A stretch of DNA of 64,000 bases from Eledone cirrhosa (lineage: Eukaryota): assembly GCA_964016885.1 (NCBI GenBank), contig OZ024741.1:236902001-236966000 (forward strand), given 5' to 3'. Positions 38,301-49,641 of this stretch are shown piece after piece. Within the stretch, counting starts at the first letter, position 1; each line of letters starts with the position of its first letter. The position numbers were made by a program, and so were the translations under genes. The notes beneath the pieces are model-generated. The model was not told the origin of the DNA and did not search any database. It was given only the letters and a program-made list of their open reading frames with translations.

Positions 38301-39121
38301 TTATTATTAATATGACTGTTGTTATTGATAGTATTATTGTGGCTATTGTTGTTGAGATGGAGATGATTGCTGTTGTTGCCAATGTTGTTGGGAGGGGTGT
38401 GGTTGGGAGGGGTGTGGTTGGGAGGGGTGTGGTTAGGAGGGGTGTGGTTGGGAGGGGTGTGGTTGGGAGGTGTGTGGTTGGGATGTGGGTGAGGGGGAGG
38501 AGGGGGAGGATGAGGTGGAGGGGGAGGAGGAGGGGAAGCTTCTTCTAAATGAATACGAGTGTGAATCTTCAAGAAGAACTCACAAGAAAATACCTTCCCA
38601 CAATATTTGCATGGGAAGTCACCCTTTTGTGTTTTTGCAGAAGTGTCTATGCGGTTATTAGAGACTGGCTCTGGAGAAGAAAAGCTTTTACCTGGTATAT
38701 TAAGGACTCGATAGTTTTTTGGTTCTCCCTCATTGTGTATTCGTGGAGATTCAGAGGAGGAGGCAGCTCCTGCCCCTTGGTAAACACTTTTCCTAGAGAC
38801 ATCAGGAATACGCAAATTCCTGTCTGTATTGACATTGTCAGAACTGGCAAACCTGATTGTATTGGTGTTATTTTTATAGCTAGGGCTGGGCGACGGACTT
38901 GCAGATGGCATAGTGACCCGGTTTGGAGTTATATTTTGGATATTGTTAGAGATACTGAGTCCTTGGTATTGGTCTTTCCAAAGAAGATTCGGGAAATACC
39001 CTGTGTCATTTACAGGTGTTCGTTCAGGTATTTTCAGCTGGTTTATCTGGTAAATAGGCTGCCCATATATAGTACACTGGGTATTTTCAAGGGTGGGGAA
39101 GGTTGGCTGACCTGGATACAT
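35354..39121 (-). CDS. C2H2 zinc-finger protein ZNF-B (1255 aa; 1 isolated + 25 arrayed C2H2 fingers + terminal C2HC-like finger; Pro/His/Asn low-complexity regions)
   Basis: Intact ORF; ACCATG context with an in-frame stop 16 codons upstream; fingers counted from the translation. Confidence 0.95.
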   Translation of the reverse strand: MYPGQPTFPTLENTQCTIYGQPIYQINQLKIPERTPVNDTGYFPNLLWKDQYQGLSISNNIQNITPNRVTMPSASPSPSPSYKNNTNTIRFASSDNVNTDRNLRIPDVSRKSVYQGAGAASSSESPRIHNEGEPKNYRVLNIPGKSFSSPEPVSNNRIDTSAKTQKGDFPCKYCGKVFSCEFFLKIHTRIHLEEASPPPPPPPHPPPPPPHPHPNHTPPNHTPPNHTPPNHTPPNHTPPNHTPPNNIGNNSNHLHLNNNSHNNTINNNSHINNNNNNNNNNNNINNNTNNNNHNNNTNNNGHNHNNNNITGTQIGGGKSDSCFQAPSPVKPLHMPPHYNAGNINSSGSTVDKPFRCSICSKTFSHLTNLKLHLRTHSGEKPFSCDECGKSFAQKSSLKDHKRLHTGDLFFCSYCKKPFANRFFLQNHERSHTGEKPFKCDFCGKAFGQRTNLKTHLRTHTGEKPFQCDLCDKSFAQLNCLNDHRRLHTGDTYVCGICKREFSNQFFLKSHEQTHKSGEIFKCTICGKTFSNKFFLKNHSRIHSGEKPYACEFCDKKFSQNGNLKTHLRIHTGEKPFVCDICGKAFAQRNCLNDHKNLHTGETFKCELCSKSFSNQFFLKSHEQIHTGETFNCSICGKNFSNKFFLKNHSRIHSGEKPFKCDICDKQFSQRGNLKIHLRIHTGEKPFICNVCGKGFAQRNCLNDHKRIHTGNMYYCSICQKEFSNEFFLKSHQQVHKNSDEVYTCGVCDKTFNNRFFLKNHEMIHSGEKPFTCEICDKSFTHRTNLKTHLRIHTGEKPFQCDICDKAFTQKNTLNDHKRIHTGQLFYCPVCNKGFSNRFFLKSHELSHSGQKSYECEFCQKRFTLQGNLKMHMKTHTGEKDYICDICGKAFAQKNCLNDHKRIHTGDLFYCSYCKRSFANQFFLRNHERTHTGEKPFQCTFCDKAFAQRGNLKTHLRKHTGEKPFHCDICGKSYSQKNCLNDHMRMHTGELLLCRFCGKEFSNRFFHRNHERLHTGDIPYHCELCGEVFSHSSALKAHTKTHTEIGKKQVFYCDGCNKYFTDRNNFTKHNCFQNNHSDFPKHQLSVKSPPPPNIRTNNNTISTNNSTTTSTPSTTNSNNNSNNSNMYNSSNNHNSNSNSSINNKSNTNSIQEPITELPKGPCRTDSNSSASIKSDSSKDSLTPIIVPSPAPTTFLHEMPPSWENNYIWLREFPLPPMLSSGWTNVPNTMNYDWNKNNKQEEEESIHQSGNSSPKSQ
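38390..38482 (-). repeat. Coding 15-bp minisatellite encoding (NHTPP)x6, next to poly-Pro and poly-Asn tracts
   Basis: ggaggggtgtggttg repeated on the + strand. Confidence 0.9.
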
Positions 39122-40149
39122 GGTTATTGTTGGGTGGATTGCAAAGAGAGACCTGGACTGAATATATCAATACAACTGCACTGTTGCTGGTGTCGTTTAT
39201 CACATGCTGCAGTTGTGTTTACTAGTTGTTCTAACTGCAAAATAACTTGCTTTTGTTAGTTCTTCTAAGTTTATTACAGTCATTATAGAGAAATATTATA
39301 ATTGTCGTTGTAAGTGGCTTACTTGAATTTTACATATTTTTCTGTTGTGTTTGTAACTCTTATACAACCTGTTAATGGCTGTATGACTCGTTCACTGTTA
39401 CACAACTTGTTAATTGTTGTATGATTTCTTTACTCTTATATGACTTGTTACCTGCAGTGGTTGTTGTGTGATGTCTTTAATTTTTGTACAGCTAGTTACC
39501 TGTTAGTTAACTGATGTGGTTAGTGTCGAGTGTATTGTGAAATATTGACTTCGTCACTGTTCACACCAAGTCCTCTCTCTCCTTTCTAACCTACAGTTAA
39601 CTTCACAACCAGCTATAAAATATATCTTGTAGGGACTTTTTCTTTTGTTTAAATTCTATTTGTTATACTTCGTTTCTTTCCTCTGGCTTTAACATCCAAA
39701 TATGTTGAAGTAATATTTTAGTTGATACTGCTATTGTTTGTGTTGATACTGCTGTTATGTTGATATCACCACTGTTTATGTTGATATTGATGTTGTTTAT
39801 GCTTGATATCACCACTGTTATATTAATAGTGCTATTGTTTAGTTTGATGCTGCTGATATTTATGTTGATTGTATCACTTGTTATAACTGTGTCACAGCCT
39901 ATGTTGATTTTTGTCCCTATTTGTGTTAATATTGTCACAACTATATGAACTCAGCCTCTGTTATGTTGACTGTGCCACTGTTATGCTGAGTCTGTCGTTC
40001 TGTGTTCCCAATATTTAAACCAGTATACTTCACCCAGTGTTATGCCGTCTTGCTATGGTTACTGTTTAGATGACCAATTTTTTTTTTCAGTTAGCGTACA
40101 ATGACTAAAGTATTTTGATCAATGCTCTATTGATGAATATCTTCAGACA

Positions 40150-40415
40150 CTGCAAATTTTTGATCGATACTAATCAGTCACTGCTAAGATTTTAATCTAT
40201 ACTATTCAATCACTTCTAAGTTTTGTTTAATACTTTCGTCACTGCTAAGTTTAGATCAATATTATTCAGCCACTGCTAAGTTTTGATTGATACTATTTAA
40301 TCACTGCTAAGGTTTGATTGATACTGTTCAATCACTGCTAAGTTTTCATCTATTCTAATCAGTCACTGCTAAGTTTTGATTAATACTGTTCAATTGCTGC
40401 CAGGTTTTGATTAAT
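40150..40415. repeat. 31-bp minisatellite, ~8 diverged copies
   Basis: Consensus ttttgattgatactattcaatcactgctaag. Confidence 0.85.
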
Positions 40416-40735
40416 GTTGATAAGTCCAAACAAGACACAGCAGAAAATCAGATTTAGGAATCCTGGTTGACTATATCCAGAGAGAGAGATTGTTGTTCCA
40501 AGTTGTTGTACAGTAGCTGTTACAGTTTATACATAAAATATACATATATACAACTGTAATATGTTGGCACATACACACACTATATATATATGTATTTACA
40601 AGCAGATGTATCAGTCTTTTAGTACTATCACATTATATATGACCAGTGTATCTACGTCTGGAGGTCATAACAATGTAAACAATACCAGATTCACACCAAG
40701 TTGATGAAAAAATTCTTCACAGAAATACAGTTTCT

Positions 40736-40775
40736 CTGAAAAAAGATAGGAAAATAGGTGAAAGTATGAATAAAA
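40736..40775 (-). promoter_or_regulatory. Putative splice acceptor upstream of ZNF-B
   Basis: Minus strand ctttcacctattttcctatcttttttcag|a; TE-free sequence downstream, SINEs immediately upstream. Confidence 0.45.
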
Positions 40776-40789
40776 TACAAAATAATAAT

Positions 40790-41110
40790 AATTGTTTCTA
40801 ATTTAGGCACAAGGCCAGCAATTTGAAGGGAAGGGGAAAGTCAATTAAATCGACCACAGTGCCTACTGGTACTTTATTCTATCGACCCCGTAAGGATGAA
40901 AGGCAAAGCTAACCTCAGCAAGATTTGAAATCAGAACATAAATGCTATGAAGCATGGTGGCCGGCGTTCTACTGATACTGCCAATCCACCACCCTCATAA
41001 TGCATAATAATAATAATTGTTTCTACTTTTGGTACAAGGCCAGCAATTGCCCAGTACATTACTGGTGCTTTATTTTATCGACCCCATAAGGATGAAAGGC
41101 AAAGTTATAA
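40790..41110 (-). mobile_element. Two tandem copies of the (ATT)-tailed tRNA-SINE
   Basis: Reverse complement of the 13760 family (ctggtactttattctatcgaccccgtaaggatgaaaggcaaag). Confidence 0.85.
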
Positions 41111-41987
41111 TAATAATCCTCATATACACTATTTAACATCTATTTTCCAAGCTTTCATGGATGAGACAGTTTGTAGTGTGGTGTAGTAGCATCAGTATGG
41201 TATAGTAGTGTCAGTGTAGTGGTGTAGTGTGGTGAAATAGTTATAGTATATTTCTGGTGTCACAGGGAAGTATACAAAAGCTCTTCTATGACATCCTCAA
41301 CATTGATACAAGAGTCTTACTAACACAAGCAATTAATTAACATGGCATTTAACAACTATTATTTATCATTATTATGGGGCCCTAACAAATTGCACCCAGC
41401 TGTAGACACTACACTAAAAATATGACATGAACAATGTATGGTTCTTCAACCTAACTACTCTCTAAGCATGATGACCTGTACAACCCATGCATGTATGAAA
41501 ATCATTATCATCCTCACCCTTCAATGTTGATTTTCCATGCTTGCATTGTTTAAGCCAGGCTGACATAATATGAGGCTAGACAGGTCAGACGACCATATCT
41601 TGCACATACTGGATAAGTTTTCAATGGATGGATGCCTTTCCTAACACCAACCACCTTATTGGATAGATTGGTTGCTTTTTGACTACTTTACAGAGTGGAC
41701 TGGGAGTTTTTTGTCATGCCACCAGCAAGAACACCTTACAGGATGGTCTGGGGATATTTTTTGACATGCCACCAGCACAACAGGTAATGGAAGTGAAATG
41801 TCAATGATGACTATTATCAATATTATGCTATTCATACACTGAACTACTGTTTCAGGCAGTTAAAATATATCTATCGAGTATTATTGCAGAATTTCTCCAC
41901 TATGCAAACATTATTGTTTTGACGATTTAGACATAGGAACAAATGCCAAGACCATAACATGTTCCTAAGTAGGGGAGCTTCTGTAAT

Positions 41988-42086
41988 GATGTTGACTGTG
42001 CCACTGTATATGTTGACAGTGCCAGTGCCACTGTATATGTTGACAGTGCCAATGCCACTGTATATGTTGACTGTGCCACTGTGTAT
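41988..42086. repeat. 20-26-bp minisatellite (tgttgactgtgccactgtata) abutting the large satellite
   Basis: About 4 copies visible; a similar motif occurs at ~39960. Confidence 0.8.
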
Positions 42087-42134
42087 TTTAACAAAATAGC
42101 AACAGGGTGTTATAACAGTGTGTCAATATGGTGT

Positions 42135-45100
42135 CAGTTATGGTGATAATGACAGTGTACAGTGTAGTTGGTGGTGATGGTGGTGATAATGACAGTGTAC
42201 AGTGTAGTTGGTGGTGATGGTGGTGATAATGACCAGTGTACAGTGGTGGTTGTGATGGTGGTGATAATGACAGTGTACAGTGGTGGTTGTGATGGTGGTG
42301 ATAATGACCAGTGTACAGTGTAGTTGGTGGTGATGGTGGTGATAATGACCAGTGTACAGTGGTGGTTGTGATGGTGGTGATAATGACAGTGTACAGTGTA
42401 GTTGGTGGTGATGGTGGTGATAATGACCAGTGTACAGTGGTGGTGGTGATGGTGGTGATAATGACCAGTGTACAGTGGTGGTTGTGATGGTGGTGATAAT
42501 GACAGTGTACAGTGTAGTTGGTGGTGATGGTGGTGATAATGACCAGTGTACAGTGGTGGTGGTGATGGTGGTGATAATGACCAGTGTACAGTGGTGGTTG
42601 TGATGGTGGTGATAATGACCAGTGTACAGTGGTGGTTGTGATGGTGGTGATAATGACCAGTATACAGTGGTGGTTGTGATGGTGGTGATAATGACCAGTG
42701 TACAGTGGTGGTTGTGATGGTGGTGATAATGACCAGTATACAGTGGTGGTTGTGATGGTGGTGATAATGACCAGTGTACAGTGGTGGTTGTGATGGTGGT
42801 GATAATGACCAGTGTACAGTGGTGGTTGTGATGGTGGTGAGAATGGCCAGTGTACAGTGGTGGTTGTGATGGTGGTGAGAATGGCCAGTGTACAGTGGTG
42901 GTTGTGATGGTGGTGATAATGACAGTGTACAGTGGTGGTTGTGATGGTGGTGATAATGACCAGTGTACAGTGGTGGTTGTGATGGTGGTGAGAATGGCCA
43001 GTGTACAGTGGTGGTTGTGATGGTGGTGATAATGACCAGTGTACAGTGGTGGTTGTGATGGTGGTGATAATGACCAGTGTACAGTGGTGGTTGTGATGGT
43101 GGTGATAATGACCAGTGTACAGTGGTGGTTGTGATGGTGGTGAGAATGGCCAGTGTACAGTGGTGGTTGTGATGGTGGTGATAATGACAGTGTACAGTGG
43201 TGGTTGTGATGGTGGTGATAATGACCAGTGTACAGTGGTGGTTGTGATGGTGGTGATAATGACCAGTGTACAGTGGTGGTTGTGATGGTGGTGAGAATGG
43301 CCAGTGTACAGTGGTGGTTGTGATGGTGGTGATAATGACCAGTGTACAGTGGTGGTTGTGATGGTGGTGATAATGACCAGTGTACAGTGGTGGTTGTGAT
43401 GGTGGTGATAATGACAGTGTACAGTGTAGTTGGTGGTGATGGTGGTGATAATGACCAGTATACAGTGGTGGTTGTGATGGTGGTGATAATGACCAGTGTA
43501 CAGTGGTGGTTGTGATGGTGGTGATAATGACAGTGTACAGTGTAGTTGGTGGTGATGGTGGTGATAATGACCAGTGTACAGTGGTGGTTGTGATGGTGGT
43601 GATAATGACAGTGTACAGTGTAGTTGGTGGTGATGGTGGTGATAATGACCAGTATACAGTGGTGGTTGTGATGGTGGTGATAATGACCAGTATACAGTGG
43701 TGGTTGTGATGGTGGTGATAATGACCAGTGTACAGTGGTGGTTGTGATGGTGGTGATAATGACCAGTGTACAGTGGTGGTTGTGATGGTGGTGAGAATGG
43801 CCAGTGTACAGTGGTGGTTGTGATGGTGGTGATAATGGCCAGTGTACAGTGGTGGTTGTGATGGTGGTGATAATGACCAGTGTACAGTGGTGGTTGTGAT
43901 GGTGGTGAGAATGGCCAGTGTACAGTGGTGGTTGTGATGGTGGTGAGAATGGCCAGTGTACAGTGGTGGTTGTGATGGTGGTGAGAATGGCCAGTGTACA
44001 GTGGTGGTTGTGATGGTGGTGATAATGACCAGTGTACAGTGGTGGTTGTGATGGTGGTGATAATGACCAGTGTACAGTGGTGGTGGTGATGGTGGTGATA
44101 ATGACCAGTATACAGTGGTGGTTGTGATGGTGGTGATAATGACCAGTATACAGTGGTGGTTGTGATGGTGGTGATAATGACCAGTGTACAGTGGTGGTTG
44201 TGATGGTGGTGATAATGACCAGTGTACAGTGGTGGTTGTGATGGTGGTGATAATGACCAGTGTACAGTGGTGGTTGTGATGGTGGTGATAATGACCAGTG
44301 TACAGTGGTGGTTGTGATGGTGGTGATAATGACCAGTGTACAGTGGTGGTTGTGATGGTGGTGATAATGACCAGTATACAGTGGTGGTTGTGATGGTGGT
44401 GATAATGACCAGTATACAGTGGTGGTTGTGATGGTGGTGATAATGACCAGTGTACAGTGGTGGTTGTGATGGTGGTGATAATGACCAGTATACAGTGGTG
44501 GTTGTGATGGTGGTGATAATGACCAGTGTACAGTGGTGGTTGTGATGGTGGTGATAATGACCAGTGTACAGTGGTGGTTGTGATGGTGGTGATAATGACC
44601 AGTGTACAGTGGTGGTTGTGATGGTGGTGATAATGACCAGTGTACAGTGGTGGTTGTGATGGTGGTGATAATGACCAGTATACAGTGGTGGTTGTGATGG
44701 TGGTGATAATGACCAGTGTACAGTGGTGGTTGTGATGGTGGTGATAATGACCAGTATACAGTGGTGGTTGTGATGGTGGTGATAATGACCAGTGTACAGT
44801 GGTGGTGGTGATGGTGGTGATAATGACCAGTGTACAGTGGTGGTTGTGATGGTGGTGATAATGACCAGTGTACAGTGGTGGTTGTGATGGTGGTGAGAAT
44901 GGCCAGTGTACAGTGGTGGTTGTGATGGTGGTGATAATGACCAGTGTACAGTGGTGGTTGTGATGGTGGTGATAATGACCAGTGTACAGTGGTGGTTGTG
45001 ATGGTGGTGATAATGACCAGTGTACAGTGGTGGTTGTGATGGTGGTGATAATGACCAGTGTACAGTGGTGGTTGTGATGGTGGTGATAATGACCAGTGTA

Positions 45101-48100
45101 CAGTGGTGGTTGTGATGGTGGTGATAATGACCAGTGTACAGTGGTGGTTGTGATGGTGGTGAGAATGGCCAGTGTACAGTGGTGGTTGTGATGGTGGTGA
45201 TAATGACCAGTGTACAGTGGTGGTTGTGATGGTGGTGATAATGACCAGTGTACAGTGGTGGTTGTGATGGTGGTGATAATGACCAGTGTACAGTGGTGGT
45301 TGTGATGGTGGTGATAATGACCAGTATACAGTGGTGGTTGTGATGGTGGTGATAATGACCAGTGTACAGTGGTGGTTGTGATGGTGGTGATAATGACCAG
45401 TGTACAGTGGTGGTTGTGATGGTGGTGATAATGACCAGTGTACAGTGGTGGTTGTGATGGTGGTGATAATGACCAGTATACAGTGGTGGTTGTGATGGTG
45501 GTGATAATGACCAGTGTACAGTGGTGGTTGTGATGGTGGTGATAATGACCAGTATACAGTGGTGGTTGTGATGGTGGTGATAATGACCAGTGTACAGTGG
45601 TGGTTGTGATGGTGGTGATAATGACCAGTGTACAGTGGTGGTTGTGATGGTGGTGAGAATGACCAGTATACAGTGGTGGTTGTGATGGTGGTGATAATGA
45701 CCAGTGTACAGTGGTGGTTGTGATGGTGGTGATAATGACCAGTGTACAGTGGTGGTTGTGATGGTGGTGAGAATGGCCAGTGTACAGTGGTGGTTGTGAT
45801 GGTGGTGATAATGACCAGTGTACAGTGGTGGTTGTGATGGTGGTGATAATGACCAGTATACAGTGGTGGTTGTGATGGTGGTGATAATGACCAGTATACA
45901 GTGGTGGTTGTGATGGTGGTGATAATGACCAGTGTACAGTGGTGGTTGTGATGGTGGTGATAATGACCAGTATACAGTGGTGGTTGTGATGGTGGTGATA
46001 ATGACCAGTGTACAGTGGTGGTTGTGATGGTGGTGATAATGACCAGTATACAGTGGTGGTTGTGATGGTGGTGATAATGACCAGTGTACAGTGGTGGTTG
46101 TGATGGTGGTGATAATGACCAGTGTACAGTGGTGGTTGTGATGGTGGTGATAATGACCAGTATACAGTGGTGGTTGTGATGGTGGTGATAATGACCAGTG
46201 TACAGTGGTGGTTGTGATGGTGGTGATAATGACCAGTGTACAGTGGTGGTTGTGATGATGGTGAGAATGACCAGTGTACAGTGGTGGTTGTGATGGTGGT
46301 GATAATGACCAGTATACAGTGGTGGTTGTGATGGTGGTGATAATGACCAGTATACAGTGGTGGTTGTGATGGTGGTGATAATGACCAGTGTACAGTGGTG
46401 GTTGTGATGGTGGTGATAATGACCAGTGTACAGTGGTGGTTGTGATGATGGTGAGAATGACCAGTGTACAGTGGTGGTTGTGATGGTGGTGATAATGACC
46501 AGTATACAGTGGTGGTTGTGATGGTGGTGATAATGACCAGTATACAGTGGTGGTTGTGATGGTGGTGATAATGACCAGTGTACAGTGGTGGTTGTGATGG
46601 TGGTGATAATGACCAGTGTACAGTGGTGGTTGTGATGGTGGTGAGAATGGCCAGTGTACAGTGGTGGTTGTGATGGTGGTGATAATGACCAGTGTACAGT
46701 GGTGGTTGTGATGGTGGTGATAATGACCAGTGTACAGTGGTGGTTGTGATGGTGGTGATAATGACCAGTGTACAGTGGTGGTTGTGATGGTGGTGATAAT
46801 GACCAGTATACAGTGGTGGTTGTGATGGTGGTGATAATGACCAGTATACAGTGGTGGTTGTGATGGTGGTGATAATGACCAGTGTACAGTGGTGGTTGTG
46901 ATGGTGGTGATAATGACCAGTGTACAGTGGTGGTTGTGATGGTGGTGATAATGACCAGTATACAGTGGTGGTTGTGATGGTGGTGATAATGACCAGTATA
47001 CAGTGGTGGTTGTGATGGTGGTGATAATGACCAGTGTACAGTGGTGGTTGTGATGGTGGTGATAATGACCAGTGTACAGTGGTGGTTGTGATGGTGGTGA
47101 GAATGGCCAGTGTACAGTGGTGGTTGTGATGGTGGTGATAATGACCAGTGTACAGTGGTGGTTGTGATGGTGGTGATAATGACCAGTGTACAGTGGTGGT
47201 TGTGATGGTGGTGATAATGACCAGTGTACAGTGGTGGTTGTGATGGTGGTGATAATGACCAGTATACAGTGGTGGTTGTGATGGTGGTGATAATGACCAG
47301 TATACAGTGGTGGTTGTGATGGTGGTGATAATGACCAGTGTACAGTGGTGGTTGTGATGGTGGTGATAATGACCAGTGTACAGTGGTGGTTGTGATGGTG
47401 GTGAGAATGGCCAGTGTACAGTGGTGGTTGTGATGGTGGTGATAATGACCAGTGTACAGTGGTGGTTGTGATGGTGGTGATAATGACCAGTGTACAGTGG
47501 TGGTTGTGATGATGGTGAGAATGGCCAGTGTACAGTGGTGGTTGTGATGGTGGTGATAATGACCAGTGTACAGTGGTGGTTGTGATGGTGGTGATAATGA
47601 CCAGTGTACAGTGGTGGTTGTGATGGTGGTGAGAATGACCAGTGTACAGTGGTGGTTGTGATGGTGGTGATAATGGCCAGTGTACAGTGGTGGTTGTGGT
47701 AATGACAAGTGTACAGTGGTGGTTGTGGTGGTATGGCAAGTGTATAGTGGAGGTTGTGGTGGTGGTATGGCAAGTGTATAGTGGAGGTTGTGGTGGTGGT
47801 ATGGCAAGTGTATAGTGGAGGTTGTGGTGGTGGTATGGCAAGTGTATAGTGGAGGTTGTGGTGGTGGTATGGCAAGTGTACAGTGGTGGTTGTGGTGGTG
47901 GTATGGCAAGTGTATAGTGGTGGTGGTGGTATGGCAAGTGTACAGTGGTGGTTGTGGTGGTGGTATGGCAAGTGTACAGTGGTGGTGGTGGTATGGTAAG
48001 CATGTGGTGGTGGTGACACGTGTACAGTGGTAGTAGTGGTAAGTGCATAGTGGTGACAAGCGTACAGTGGTGGTGGTGGTGACAGGTCTACAGTGGTAGT

Positions 48101-48545
48101 GACAAGTGTTCAGTGGTGGTTGTGGTAGTATGGCAAATGTACAGTGGTTGTGGTGGTATAGCAAGTGTACAGTGGTGGTGGTGATGTTAACAAGTGTACA
48201 GTGGTGGTGGTATGGTAAGCATGTGGTGGTGGGGTAAGTGTACAGTGGTTGTGGTGGTGTGGCAAGAGTACATTTTGTGGTGGTGGTTATGGTGGTATGG
48301 CAAGAGTACAGTGGTTGTGGTGGTATGGCAAGTGTACAGTGGTGGTTATGATGGTATAGCAAGTGTACAGTGGTGGTGGTGGTGGTGGTAGTGGTATGGT
48401 AAGCGTGTGGTGGTGGTGGTGATGGTAAGTGTACAGTGGTTGTGGTGGTGTGCAAGTGTACAGTGGTGGTGGTAATGGCAAATATACAGTGGTTGTGGTG
48501 GTATGGTAAGTGTAGTGTGGTGGTGGTGTTGGTATGGTAAGTGAA
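42135..48545. repeat. 38-bp satellite array (~145 homogeneous copies, 42135-47700) grading into degenerate GT-rich units
   Basis: Unit agtgtacagtggtggttgtgatggtggtgataatgacc; the translation repeats every 38 aa (3 units). Confidence 0.98.
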
Positions 48546-48779
48546 TAATGGAGTCATAGCATGAAGAAGTGTCCTGGGTCGATGGGTTGTTTTTTGAGAG
48601 GAGGTTAATGTTCATTTCTTTCATTGGCCCCGGAGAAGCTATAAATTTTTGGGAAAGTTGATTATCTCATTCCACTAATGCCTAAATGGCACTAAAGGAC
48701 ATTTAATCTAGCCCTTTACCATTTTCATCACTCTACCACCCTTATTCCATTTCGCCATGTTATGTTCACTTCTCTCTGC

Positions 48780-48985
48780 TTCTCAGTCCCCGCACTAACC
48801 ACCATACCCAGAATGTCGACTCGCTGGAACTCCCTTCTCAGTCCCCACACTAACCACTATACCCAGAATGTCGACTCTCTGGAACTCCCTTTTCAGACCC
48901 CACACTAACTACTATACCCAGAATGTCAACTCACTGGACCCATCCACCCCTGCCCAGGCCCTACACTAACCACTATGCTCAGAAC
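48780..48985. repeat. ~55-bp tandem repeat (3+ copies)
   Basis: tctcagtccccacactaaccactatacccagaatgtcgactcgctggaactccct. Confidence 0.85.
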
Positions 48986-49365
48986 ATTAGTCCTCAAGAT
49001 CTCCCTTATGTCTTTCCAAAAGCTCTAAAATATCAATGGTATTGATCTCTCTAATCCTGGAGGCCCTGTACACTAACCCTCTTTCCAGATCTAACAAGTA
49101 TACAAAAAAAAAAGAAAACCTCTTTTTAATGCTAGATGATGTCACAGCACATCATTGCCAATTGATAATGTAGTCCTAAAAACACCTTACACAAATATAA
49201 GAGTGGATGGTCAGTGCTGGAACCTTTTCAGTCATTGCGAATTGGTGATGTAGTCCTAAATATACCATATACAAATATAAGAGTGGATGGTCAGGGTTGG
49301 GCTCCCATTGACCAGAACTAACCAATGAGGATATTAAACGACAACAACATAGACAAGCTACAAAC

Positions 49366-49641
49366 CTTTTTTTCTTTTCTCAACGTTTCTTTTTGTTTTT
49401 CTTCTTCCTCTTTATAACAAGCCACATTCTCGTGTGTAGTTGCTGGTCATAGGTGGGCTTTGAACCCCCAGACATGCCACAACATTAGTCATACATTTTC
49501 ACACTTGTTGCTACTGTAGTTGGTTTGCTGCAGAAAACTCCCAGACTTCTGGTACATTCTTCATGGAAGAAAACGCAGCTGACCTGTCTCTGCTGCTGTG
49601 TGTTAAGCTTTCTTGTCTCTCTTAGGTGCTCAGCTTTCAAC
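49366..49641 (-). other. Possible non-coding upstream exon of ZNF-B
   Basis: Unique-looking sequence bounded on the minus strand by ttgttgtattccag| and AG|gtttgt; prediction only. Confidence 0.25.

Noticed and set aside
38549-39259. 236-aa antisense ORF over the ZNF-B N-terminus
   Set aside because: No recognisable motif; most simply a shadow of the coding strand
42135-47700. CRISPR-like array
   Set aside because: Contiguous tandem units with no unique spacers, no cas genes, eukaryotic context
42088-48557. Three ~2000-aa ORFs as real His-rich proteins
   Set aside because: They are translations of a 38-bp satellite whose minus strand lacks stop triplets; all frames give the same peptide and there is no unique domain. 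Not annotated as CDS.
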